DNA from: an uncultured Candidatus Bathyarchaeia archaeon
GTDB taxonomy: Archaea; Thermoproteota; Bathyarchaeia; Bathyarchaeales; Bathycorpusculaceae
Reading direction: 5' to 3'
Length of the DNA stretch: 64,000 nucleotides
Assembly (NCBI GenBank): GCA_964427115.1
Contig: CAYRSV010000002.1
Coordinates: 60,772-124,771, forward strand
Shown here piece after piece: positions 49,857-58,699 of the stretch. A program made the position numbers and the translations under genes. The notes below the pieces were generated by a model. It was given only the letters and a program-made list of their open reading frames with translations. It was not told the origin of the DNA and made no database searches. Each line of letters opens with the position of its first letter. Position 1 is the first letter of the stretch.

Positions 49857-51443
49857 TTATCCGAGGCATTTTCTTAGTTTAGCTGCTTCAACCAATGCTT
49901 TACTTGCTTCTCTGTCTTCTTTTTCTAAGTATGAAATGAGGAAGTTATTTGTAAAATTCTCATGTTTACGTTGTGTTGAGGTTCGTGGACCTAATTTGAT
50001 GTCAAGTGCTTCTTCTACAGATTTAAGATCGGCAAGGATTCTTGTGAGCGCAAGTCTCAGGTCATCTACATTCATGTTTGCACGTTTGGCGATGCGTGGA
50101 TGCATGGACATGAGCATGTTGATGTTCTCCATTGAGATAAAGCCGCTAACCGTTTCAAAATCATGCTTCATATTCACGTAATGCTTTTGCAAGACACACA
50201 TTTCTTCGTCAGTTAAATCTTCTAGGACTTTGGCGCCGATGAATTCTGGAGGCATACCAATATTATATAGTGATGCAGCAAAGGTGATAGCTCGGGGCAA
50301 ATTTACGCCTGCGACGTTTCTGCTATAACCGAATAAGCCAATGTGGAGTTTTCGGGCTCTGCGTGCTGGCACGTAAACTGCAATACTATTGACAAAAGGC
50401 GCAAATACTTCTATCACGCTCTCATATTGATGTCTTACTTTTTGCAGTATACTGAGCAAGATTTTTTCTTCGTCAGGCTCAATTAGCGTTGGGAAGTTGT
50501 TTGGGAGCTTTTCATTCAGGGTTTTTATGAACTCTTTTACCTGCGCCTCTGGGTAGTCGTATCTTGCTGCAGACTGGATGGTGGCTGTGGATATTCCTTT
50601 GTATTCTTCTAAGAATTTGTCAAGGTTTTCCGGTGAGAGGTGTCCGCGGAAGGGTTTTGATCCAACGCCTATGATGGGGTGGATGGGTATGCCTGTTTCC
50701 TTTTCGGTTCTTTTAAGTTTCGAGAGTCCGATCTTGGAGAGTAGGACAGCGGCAATTAGCCCATAGTTTAATGCGGGGTCTGATCTGGCGATGAAGGCCC
50801 TTAGATATTTGGGTTTGACTGTTTCAATGTATGGTTTTACTATGCTGTCTACATTTAAGATACTTTCGTAGTTTTCGACAAGAGGAATTACGCTTATACT
50901 CTTTGGGTTGAAGCTGCCTATCCAGTCTCTTACGGTGGTCTTTTCATCAAGCATAATTTCTTCATTGCCTATTATAGCTCGTTTGTAGTAGTTGAAGAGC
51001 CAGATTGGTTCATTGCCGCTGGTGGTAAAAGGCAAAATGACTTCGAATATTGGCGCGCTGTTGTCTTTGTAGCATACTGATGCTATGTCATATGTTACTG
51101 AGATATTTTGGAGAGTTTCTAGGACGACTTTTCGTTCTACAGATTCAATCTTTGGATTAGGAATCCTGTACGTTAAGTAAAGGTCTTTGCCGAGTCTATG
51201 GTTTGAAAAGTATTCCCAGTAGTTATTGAGCAGCTTTCTTACTACGCGGGTGTCAACGTCTTTACCTTCTGAGTCCCACATAACTTCTTGACAGCCCAGC
51301 GTCTCATAGACATAGTATGCTTCGTAGACTTCAGCGTCGCCATCAATAATTTTATCTGTGCTCCACTGTGGGACGTTAACGTTGTCCGGGTGCTGAGTGG
51401 ACATGGTTCGAGGGATTTTTCTCTCATCAACTTCTTGCGTCAT
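49857..51443 (-). CDS. ppcA: archaeal-type phosphoenolpyruvate carboxylase
   Basis: MSTQHPDN signature near the N-terminus; ~530 aa size class of archaeal PepcA. Confidence 0.88.
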   Translation of the reverse strand: MTQEVDERKIPRTMSTQHPDNVNVPQWSTDKIIDGDAEVYEAYYVYETLGCQEVMWDSEGKDVDTRVVRKLLNNYWEYFSNHRLGKDLYLTYRIPNPKIESVERKVVLETLQNISVTYDIASVCYKDNSAPIFEVILPFTTSGNEPIWLFNYYKRAIIGNEEIMLDEKTTVRDWIGSFNPKSISVIPLVENYESILNVDSIVKPYIETVKPKYLRAFIARSDPALNYGLIAAVLLSKIGLSKLKRTEKETGIPIHPIIGVGSKPFRGHLSPENLDKFLEEYKGISTATIQSAARYDYPEAQVKEFIKTLNEKLPNNFPTLIEPDEEKILLSILQKVRHQYESVIEVFAPFVNSIAVYVPARRARKLHIGLFGYSRNVAGVNLPRAITFAASLYNIGMPPEFIGAKVLEDLTDEEMCVLQKHYVNMKHDFETVSGFISMENINMLMSMHPRIAKRANMNVDDLRLALTRILADLKSVEEALDIKLGPRTSTQRKHENFTNNFLISYLEKEDREASKALVEAAKLRKCLG

Positions 51444-51498
51444 AGTAACTTTCCAACCCGTAAGTGGATAGAAACCAACACTAAGCGTTCCTTTTCGG

Positions 51499-51978
51499 TT
51501 ATTTCATGTTTTTGATTGTTTCGTCGGCTTTCTCAATCTCTTTTCGCTTAGCCGACTGGTAGTCTTTGATTTTCTTTTCAAGTTCTTTGTCTTCGATGGC
51601 GAAAATTTTAGCGGTTGCCATAGCTGCTGCTTCTGGTTCGATGGTTACCATGCAGCCTATTCCGCTTGGAACCCGCAGTGAAGAGTAGATATCTGCCCCT
51701 CCATACTTATCTGAATAGGGTGGGCAGGCAATAACGGGTTTATCTACGTTTGCGTCAATAAAGGCGCTCAACGCATTGGAACGTCCTGCGACGGTGATGT
51801 AAACTACTTTTTCTGCTTCAAATTCTTTAAGAATTTCAAGCACCTTTAGTGGCGTTTTATGAGCAGAAGCCACCCGAAATACGTACTCAACGCCAAACTG
51901 TCTAAGGTACTTTGCTATATCCTTACAGAAATCTAAATCTCTCTCTGAACCCATTACTAAAACTGCTTTTCCCTTCAT
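51499..51978 (-). CDS. purE: AIR carboxylase / N5-CAIR mutase family
   Basis: VLVMGSERDL, VAGRSNALSAF, VIACPP motifs; 159 aa. Confidence 0.88.
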   Translation of the reverse strand: MKGKAVLVMGSERDLDFCKDIAKYLRQFGVEYVFRVASAHKTPLKVLEILKEFEAEKVVYITVAGRSNALSAFIDANVDKPVIACPPYSDKYGGADIYSSLRVPSGIGCMVTIEPEAAAMATAKIFAIEDKELEKKIKDYQSAKRKEIEKADETIKNMK

Positions 51979-52080
51979 GACTTATTCCACACAAAAAGGT
52001 TACGGGTAACTAGTTAATTAAGTAAACTTACACTTGTTTTCCGAAAATCAAACTAATTCTACCCAATAGCACGAATCTAA

Positions 52081-52275
52081 AATAAAACCTACCTTATTTC
52101 CTACAACAACCTCCAACCTATCTCTTGCATTCCAGACTCTTCAATACAACAACCAACAGCTAGCCCATCACTTACAAGTACGATGCCAGAGTTCCCAGCA
52201 TGGATAATTCTACCACTTACTATCGTAACCGTATTGCTAGCAACTATGATAATTAAAGCACGCCAGGACAATTGA
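52081..52275 (+). pseudogene. orphan Pro/Thr-linker plus PEF-CTERM-like tail fragment
   Basis: Open frame ..QQPTASPSLTSTMPEFPAWIILPLTIVTVLLATMIIKARQDN plus stop, with no upstream domain (in-frame TAA at 52078). Same design as the C-terminus of 56690..58219. Confidence 0.4.
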
Positions 52276-52398
52276 GTTCGGATATTTTCCCGCGGACAGC
52301 TGTCCTTTCTTCTAAAGACAATGGTTATTTCTTTTTTGCTAAAAGTGTTATTTGAAAATAGTTAAAAGCAAGTTAGTTCAACAGGTTAATTGACGGAA

Positions 52399-53523
52399 AT
52401 GAAGTTAGCTTTAGCGACCATAGTTATCTTTGTGTTGGTAGGTTCATTATTTGCTGGGCTGCAAACTGTTCAGGTAGCTAAGGCTGATTTAGGAGTTATC
52501 TTTTCTGAGCATTTTGATGAATTAACGCTTGATCCTGATAAGTGGATAGTGCAAGAAAACACCAACATGTCTGGCTATTTAGCCTATGGTGGCAAGGTTG
52601 AATTAAACAATAGTGCAATAACTTTGTCAAGTGATGGCTCATCGTTTCCATGCATAAAAACCGCAACAGACCCTTTTGCTTTAGCTGAAGACTTTGTAGT
52701 TGAATTTGACTTTACCTACATGGGCATAAGTGACTTTGGAAATGGACTTTGGCTCACAAGCGGATCACCAAGAATTTGGTATAATGATCCAACAAAAGAG
52801 CTCTCAACGAAAAACATTTTTTCGCTTTGGGCAGATAACAACCAATCCTACACTAGGTCAAGAATTTCAATTACTTTATTAGAAAATGAGGTATGGAATG
52901 TATATGTTAACGGTTGGGCGCCAACTGCGCCTACCTACACATTCAGATTAGAATACGTCGATAGCACCTACACAGTGTTTGTTGATAATGTAAAAGTAGC
53001 TGTAGCTCAGTCTCAACTTAAACCTAACACCATTAGTTTTGGACATCCACCAGCCATATACGTACCATTCTCAACAGAACATCTGCAAAGCCTAATGGGC
53101 GGCTGGACCAGCTTTACAATAGACCATATACAAATTTTGCAACCTCCTACAATAGACCCAACTTCAGCTACAACGCCAACACCTACTATGACAAACACCC
53201 CAACTCCAACTTCCACTCCTACGCCTGCGTTAAATCAAACCACTACACCTTCACCAACCATAACGCCTACACCTACTCCAACTCTAACAGCTAATTTTAC
53301 TTCAACACCAACTATGACCCCAACACTCTCCTTAACTCCATCTCCTACAAGTTCACAAACAAAAAGACTAACAACAGAACCTAATCTAACGCCAAGTATT
53401 ACACAGGAAAACTCTATGCCTTTAGTAGTTGTAGTAGCTCTAGCAATAGTGCTGGGTGTTGTAGGCTTACTAGCCAAACTTGGCAAGCATATCAAGATGG
53501 AAGTAAACATTTCGATAAAGTAG
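52399..53523 (+). CDS. surface protein: signal peptide, beta-sandwich (LamG/concanavalin-like?) domain, Pro/Thr linker, C-terminal TM anchor
   Basis: MKLALATIVIFVLVGSLFAGLQTVQVAKA signal. PT linker ATTPTPTMTNTPTPTSTPTP.. C-terminal PLVVVVALAIVLGVVGLLAKLGKH. The ATG at 52399 is preferred to the TTG at 52390. Confidence 0.8.
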   Translation: MKLALATIVIFVLVGSLFAGLQTVQVAKADLGVIFSEHFDELTLDPDKWIVQENTNMSGYLAYGGKVELNNSAITLSSDGSSFPCIKTATDPFALAEDFVVEFDFTYMGISDFGNGLWLTSGSPRIWYNDPTKELSTKNIFSLWADNNQSYTRSRISITLLENEVWNVYVNGWAPTAPTYTFRLEYVDSTYTVFVDNVKVAVAQSQLKPNTISFGHPPAIYVPFSTEHLQSLMGGWTSFTIDHIQILQPPTIDPTSATTPTPTMTNTPTPTSTPTPALNQTTTPSPTITPTPTPTLTANFTSTPTMTPTLSLTPSPTSSQTKRLTTEPNLTPSITQENSMPLVVVVALAIVLGVVGLLAKLGKHIKMEVNISIK

Positions 53524-53667
53524 CTTTAAACACACTAGATGAAAACAACTGGTTAAGCAAAGTTTTCTTAAGGCTGCTTTTCTGCTTTAGATTATTTTTT
53601 GTTTAGCAAAAAGTGCTGTTTAACAAGATTGATAAGTAGGTTAAATTAGAAGTGCAGTAGAGGAAAG

Positions 53668-55581
53668 ATGAAGATAGCTCTGGCAGTATTACTTATCTTT
53701 GCATTAGTAGTTTCATTAACTGCTGGATTGCAGATTATTGAGGTAGTTGAGGCTAATTTTGTTCCTACAACTAATGTCAATCCAATTTTATCTCCAACTA
53801 ACACGACATATAGCACCAATTCACTTACGTTACAGGTAACTGTAGGTTTTGCTTTAACTAAAGACAACTGGATAGGCTATAGTATAGATGGCAAAGAAAA
53901 CGTCACCCTAACAGGAGTAGAATATAAAATTGATGAGCTATGGCAAGGGGTCAACATAACAGTTCCTTTGCCAATCCTATCTGAAGGCTCACACCGCATT
54001 GATGTGTATACGCAGTCTGTGACATTAAACTATGCTGTATCAGATAGCAAAACAGTGTTCTTTACAATAGACACAAAAACACCAACTCCTACTCCGGTGG
54101 GCTCCACGGATGCTTGGGTAGCAATGGCACCTTTACCTGTGACAGGCATCAGTGGAGTGGCAGCCATTAGCGATAGAATCTATGCTGTCGCGGGTTCAAA
54201 TAATGTGGTTTACGAATATGACCCAGCGGCAAATAGCTGGGCTCTGAAGACGCATGTGCCCACATCAAGAGATAGTTTTGCTGTAGCCTCCTGCCAAGGC
54301 AAGCTATACGTTATTGGGGGCGCGATAAGCAGAGATCCAATGAACGGGGATGCAAGAAGCTGTGGAATAACTGAAGCATACGACCCAGCAACAGACACCT
54401 GGGAGCTTAAAGCCCCTATGCCAACAGGCAGGGTCCAAATGAAAGCAGAGACAGTGAGTGGCAAAATCTATGTGATGGGTGGAAGAACAGCCGGACCATA
54501 TTCTACCGTGAATGTAACTGAAGCATATGATCCAGCTACTAATTCTTGGGCTACAAAAGCAGCTATGCCATACTCAGTAGTAAGCTACGCCTCAGCTGCA
54601 GTTAATGAGAAAATTTACGTGATTGGTGGCCAAGCCGAATTTGAACCCCGCTTAAACCTTGATACAACACAAATATACGATACAATATCTGACAAGTGGA
54701 GCTTAGGTAAGCCTGCCCCGGTTATCATATGGCAGGCAGCTGCAGGCGCTACAACAGGCGAGTTAGCGCCAAAACAAATCTACGTAGTGGGCGGAAGCGT
54801 GGGGTTTGCAGCAGGCTCTGACCAGAACTACGCATACAACCCGCAAAACCACACCTGGATTAGAGCAGCGCCCATGCCAACTGCCCGCTTTAACCCTTCA
54901 TGCGCGGTAGTAGATGATCTGTTATATGTCATCGGAGGAGGGCAAGGCATGAGTGGCTTAGCAGTTAACGAACAGTACACACCCATCGGCTATGGCACAA
55001 CTGACCCAACTTATCAAACACCAACACCTCAACCAACACTATCAACAAGTCCAACAATAACACCTACAACTTCACCAACTATACAACCAACGCTTAATCC
55101 TACTCAAAACCTAATTGAATTGCCCTATGCTGCAGGTAACTTTTACCCTGCTCCTAACTCTACAAATGTAGCCCTTAACACAACAGTATCTATATCCTTT
55201 AGCAGGCCACCTTCAATTTGCAACCTAACCCTAACACCAGAAGTAGCCATCAAAGAGAGAGTCTTTAAATCAGAAGGGCTAGACGCAACATATGTTTTCT
55301 ATTTCGCCCAGCAGCTAAAGCCAAACACAACATACACCGTGACAGTAACTTATGGACAAGAAACAGCTCCAGAAGGCACTAAACCGACGACTACTAGAAC
55401 TTGGCACTTCACCACAGAAATCGACGCTTCAACACAGCAACTAACACCAACGTTATCAACAATATTTGTCGATTTACCCAATCCGCCCAATCTAACTATA
55501 CTTTACATACTCGTTATCATAATCACTTTGACACTAATTATTGCAGTTGCAAGTTTGGTAGTTTACTTTAAGAAGAGCTAA
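53668..55581 (+). CDS. surface protein with Kelch-type beta-propeller, Pro/Thr linker, Ig-like domain and C-terminal TM anchor
   Basis: Signal MKIALAVLLIFALVVSLTAGLQIIEVVEA. Repeated blades KLYVIGGA, KIYVMGGR, KIYVIGGQ, QIYVVGGS, LLYVIGGG. Linker QTPTPQPTLSTSPTITPTTSPT. C-terminal hydrophobic helix plus KKS. Confidence 0.85.
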   Translation: MKIALAVLLIFALVVSLTAGLQIIEVVEANFVPTTNVNPILSPTNTTYSTNSLTLQVTVGFALTKDNWIGYSIDGKENVTLTGVEYKIDELWQGVNITVPLPILSEGSHRIDVYTQSVTLNYAVSDSKTVFFTIDTKTPTPTPVGSTDAWVAMAPLPVTGISGVAAISDRIYAVAGSNNVVYEYDPAANSWALKTHVPTSRDSFAVASCQGKLYVIGGAISRDPMNGDARSCGITEAYDPATDTWELKAPMPTGRVQMKAETVSGKIYVMGGRTAGPYSTVNVTEAYDPATNSWATKAAMPYSVVSYASAAVNEKIYVIGGQAEFEPRLNLDTTQIYDTISDKWSLGKPAPVIIWQAAAGATTGELAPKQIYVVGGSVGFAAGSDQNYAYNPQNHTWIRAAPMPTARFNPSCAVVDDLLYVIGGGQGMSGLAVNEQYTPIGYGTTDPTYQTPTPQPTLSTSPTITPTTSPTIQPTLNPTQNLIELPYAAGNFYPAPNSTNVALNTTVSISFSRPPSICNLTLTPEVAIKERVFKSEGLDATYVFYFAQQLKPNTTYTVTVTYGQETAPEGTKPTTTRTWHFTTEIDASTQQLTPTLSTIFVDLPNPPNLTILYILVIIITLTLIIAVASLVVYFKKS

Positions 55582-55623
55582 GCTGAGAAAACTATCTAAA
55601 TAATCTTTGGTGGTCTGGCTGGT

Positions 55624-55668
55624 AGAACAACAACACCAAAATTTTACAGCACAAGCTGTTGTTGTTCT
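55624..55668. repeat. GAACAACAAC-family hairpin 1 (12-bp stem)
   Basis: agaacaacaaca / tgttgttgttct around a 21-nt loop containing attttacag. Confidence 0.8.
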
Positions 55669-55774
55669 TCTCTTAGACATCCGCTGTATGCCTGTAGCCT
55701 GCTTGATTAACTGGTAAAGAGACGAAGTAGGTGAAATTTTTTCGGGTCCTTTTTTAACAGCGGTCGTTTAGTCG

Positions 55775-55824
55775 CTAAAAGTTGTTGTTCACAAGCCTAT
55801 AACCATGCGAACAACAACTTTTAG
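55775..55824. repeat. GAACAACAAC-family hairpin 2 (16-bp stem, inverted orientation)
   Basis: ctaaaagttgttgttc / gaacaacaacttttag around an 18-nt loop. Confidence 0.8.
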
Positions 55825-55841
55825 AGCTTTCAGCTAGCGCG

Positions 55842-55884
55842 GTAGAACAACAACAGTTGCAATAAACACGTGTTGTTGTTCTAC
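55842..55884. repeat. GAACAACAAC-family hairpin 3 (14-bp stem)
   Basis: gtagaacaacaaca / tgttgttgttctac around a 15-nt loop. Shares the ggtagaacaacaaca arm with hairpin 1. Confidence 0.8.
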
Positions 55885-56079
55885 TAAGCATACCAAAAAT
55901 CTAAGCATAGCAACGAATAGATGAAGGAGTAAAAAATTTTACACTTACCCTTACAAATTACCCAATTGAGTAATTGGCTTAGGTTAGCTTTAAAAAAGAA
56001 ATAATTGTGTTCTTTAGAAAAGTTGCTGTTTTTCCTTCTCTCCAATTAGTGATTGCCAGAAGTTGCCTGCTTTAGCTTG

Positions 56080-56122
56080 GAAGAAGAACAACTGATTTTA
56101 CAGGAAATGCTTGTTCTTCTTC
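56080..56122. repeat. related hairpin 4 (12-bp stem, variant core)
   Basis: gaagaagaacaa / ttgttcttcttc around a 19-nt loop that again contains attttacag. Confidence 0.7.
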
Positions 56123-56372
56123 TCCTCTTCAATTACCTTGATATAGCCCTAATTCAATAATCACAATTATCTTAAAAGTCACATGGGTTAACGTGCGAAT
56201 AGTCAATCCTGTTTAAATTATTGCTTTTGATTATGTGTCTCTGTGTATCAAGTTTCTTGTGTGGTCTATTTTCTTACCGTTTTAGTCTTGCCATTGTCTT
56301 CTAAAAAGGTCAAGGTTTTTATGATGGCTTGCCCTGTTTCATTTAGCTCCGCTGTAAAGCACGTATCCGCAT

Positions 56373-56451
56373 GGGGCCGTCGTCTAGCATGGATTAGGAT
56401 ACATGCCTGGGGCGCATGCGATCTTGAGTTCAAATCTCAACGGCCCCACCA
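56373..56451 (+). tRNA. tRNA-Pro (GGG), CCA encoded
   Basis: GGGGCCG-TC-GTCT-AGCATGGATTA-GGAT-A-CATGC-CTGGGGC-GCATG-CGATC-TTGAG-TTCAAAT-CTCAA-CGGCCCC-A-CCA. The cloverleaf has perfect acceptor, anticodon and T stems. Confidence 0.88.
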
Positions 56452-56689
56452 CTAACACCACACACACCATCACCAAACACAACCCTAACGCCCTCTTAGC
56501 ACCAACAACTAACTCTCCTATCCATACACCATCTGCTCTAGAGCTAACCACCATAGTTGCAGTCACAGCTATAGCCACTACAAGCTTCATAATCGTAGCA
56601 TTAATCTTAAAAAACACAAACGGCGCTGATTAGCCAAATAAAGTGTTCTTTAGGAGGAGCTAATAAGCAGTTAATATTATAGAGTATTT

Positions 56690-58219
56690 ATGGACACAGT
56701 AAGCAGAATCAGTGTGCTTGTTTTAATTATTGTTAGCTTAACGTCCTTATGCATCTGGAACATTCAACAAAGTAGGGCTACTTTTTCATCGATTATTGTC
56801 CCAGATGATTATCCAACTATTATAGATGCTATTGGAAATGCCACCGATGGAGATAGGATTTTTATTAGAAAAGGAACTTATGATGAAAAACCCATTGAAA
56901 CAAACAAGAGCCTTTCGCTAATAGGTGAAGGCGCTGAATTAACTAAAATAATTTTGCATCCTTCATCGCGCCAAGTACCATACGAAGGAATGGGCATGAA
57001 TGGACCTTACGTTGAAAACTATACTGTTTATGAGAATTCAATAATAATCTACGCTAACAACACCACAATCTCCAATATAACAATCTCAAGCAACGGTGAG
57101 GCAACTATTGTTGGAGAAAAATCTCAGATAATAAACAGCACTATAGCAGTAGCAATGTTATCACTAAAAGGACCTTGGTCAAACATTATTGAAAATAATC
57201 TAAAAACAACCCTAATTGTAAATGGTTCGTATAGTAGAATAGAACAAAACAACGCAAACGCACTACACCTTACTGGCTCTTACTTAACCGTTTTAAACAA
57301 TAAAGCTTTAGGAACCATAGGCGTTAGAGGTGAATATTGTAAAATCGATGCAAACAACGCCATAGGAATAACTGATGGCTATGGTATAACCACTTATGGG
57401 GCAGGAATTATATCCTTAAGCGGCTCTTACTGCGAAGTCTCCTCAAACATTGTCAAAGGCATTCGCATAGAAGCATTCTCCTGTTTTGTTCATGATAATA
57501 AAGTAAACGAAAATAAGAACGGCGGAACGGGAAGTATTACAGGCAATGGAAATATTGTAGTTAACAATCTTTTTGATCATTTAGCATATGGCATAGAACT
57601 ATCAGGTTTGAACAATATTATTTATTCAAATAACATAACCCGCAACACAATAGGACTTGTTGGGTCAGGAAAAAGCAATAAAATTTATGCAAATTATGTG
57701 GCAGATAATTTTTGGGCTATCGATACCGGATATAAAGGTGTAAGTGCCACTCTTTACTGGAACAACTTTGTTAATAACCAAGCTCCAGTTGCAGCTATCT
57801 TTTATGTTAACACGGTTGACTATTTTGATAATGGCACAGTAGGCAACTACTGGAGCAACTACAACGGCACAGACACAAATGGAGATGGCATAGGCGATAG
57901 CCCGTATGCTTTTGACTCTTATCGTTCAGATAGGTATCCGCTAATTTCACCTTTTAACATCGATAGCATAAACGTATCGATTCCAGAATGGATAAACAAT
58001 TTACCTACACCTCAACCTCTTCAACCGCTACCTCTTTTCCCCACTCCAACACCAACTGCTACCCATTCAATTGCAACCCCAACCTCAGCGATAGCAGAAA
58101 GTCCAGCGACAACAACACCTTCTCCTACGGTACCAGAGTTTCAGACTTGGCAATTTTTGCCCCTACTTTTTACAGGAGCTTTAATTGCTGCACTGTTTAG
58201 AAAAAGAAAATTTATTTAG
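56690..58219 (+). CDS. surface protein with right-handed parallel beta-helix (NosD/CASH-like) repeats and PEF-CTERM-like sorting tail
   Basis: N-terminal signal anchor. Repeated N/I/G-rich beta-helix turns (IIIYANNTTISNITISSNG; NIIYSNNITRNTIG). PT linker. Tail PTVPEFQTWQFLPLLFTGALIAALFRKRK. Confidence 0.85.
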   Translation: MDTVSRISVLVLIIVSLTSLCIWNIQQSRATFSSIIVPDDYPTIIDAIGNATDGDRIFIRKGTYDEKPIETNKSLSLIGEGAELTKIILHPSSRQVPYEGMGMNGPYVENYTVYENSIIIYANNTTISNITISSNGEATIVGEKSQIINSTIAVAMLSLKGPWSNIIENNLKTTLIVNGSYSRIEQNNANALHLTGSYLTVLNNKALGTIGVRGEYCKIDANNAIGITDGYGITTYGAGIISLSGSYCEVSSNIVKGIRIEAFSCFVHDNKVNENKNGGTGSITGNGNIVVNNLFDHLAYGIELSGLNNIIYSNNITRNTIGLVGSGKSNKIYANYVADNFWAIDTGYKGVSATLYWNNFVNNQAPVAAIFYVNTVDYFDNGTVGNYWSNYNGTDTNGDGIGDSPYAFDSYRSDRYPLISPFNIDSINVSIPEWINNLPTPQPLQPLPLFPTPTPTATHSIATPTSAIAESPATTTPSPTVPEFQTWQFLPLLFTGALIAALFRKRKFI

Positions 58220-58371
58220 CAACTATTAGTAGGAAGCATAATTCTCTTTTTATTGCTCTCTTTTTCCTTCTATAGCAGTTCAACGCGTAAGAATAAATTT
58301 GAAATATATGCGATGCTAAAAGTATGTTATCATATTGTATAGTCACTTGTTAATGAAAGAAATAAATATCG

Positions 58372-58690
58372 ATGCAGGGGTGCATGTTTTATGTACTGCT
58401 TAGTCATGTTTGCATATTAGTTAGATTAGACAGGTGCATACATTAGCTGTATGCATATAATAAGCCGTTTACTTGTGTGTATGCCCACTACTAACACCAC
58501 ACGCACGACTAAGCAAGTTATTATATGCATATGCCTGCCAAAGCATATGCCAACCAAGCACACATATCAAGCGGCTACTAAATAACTTCAAGCTTATCTG
58601 CCTCCAAATACCTGCTCGTATGCATTTAGCGTATGTCTACGGCTAATCTGCTAATTTGCCCCTTGTGCATGTTAAGAAAATTATGTATGC
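58372..58690. promoter_or_regulatory. dense TGCAT / ATGCAT motif array in an intergenic region
   Basis: TGCAT at 58381, 58411, 58435, 58452, 58526, 58621 and 58666. Three of these are full ATGCAT palindromes (58451, 58525, 58620). ATGCA at 58372. Several TATGCC near-copies. Confidence 0.35.
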
Positions 58691-58699
58691 CATAATTAT

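Noticed and set aside
55582-56372. Considered a CRISPR array because of repeated ~12-16 nt words.
   Set aside because: The repeats are the two arms of hairpins, they occur in both orientations, and their spacing is irregular. No cas genes are in the window.
56243-56617. ORFs 56243..56455 (+) and 56384..56617 (-).
   Set aside because: Both overlap the tRNA-Pro gene. They have low-complexity translations and no ribosome-binding site.
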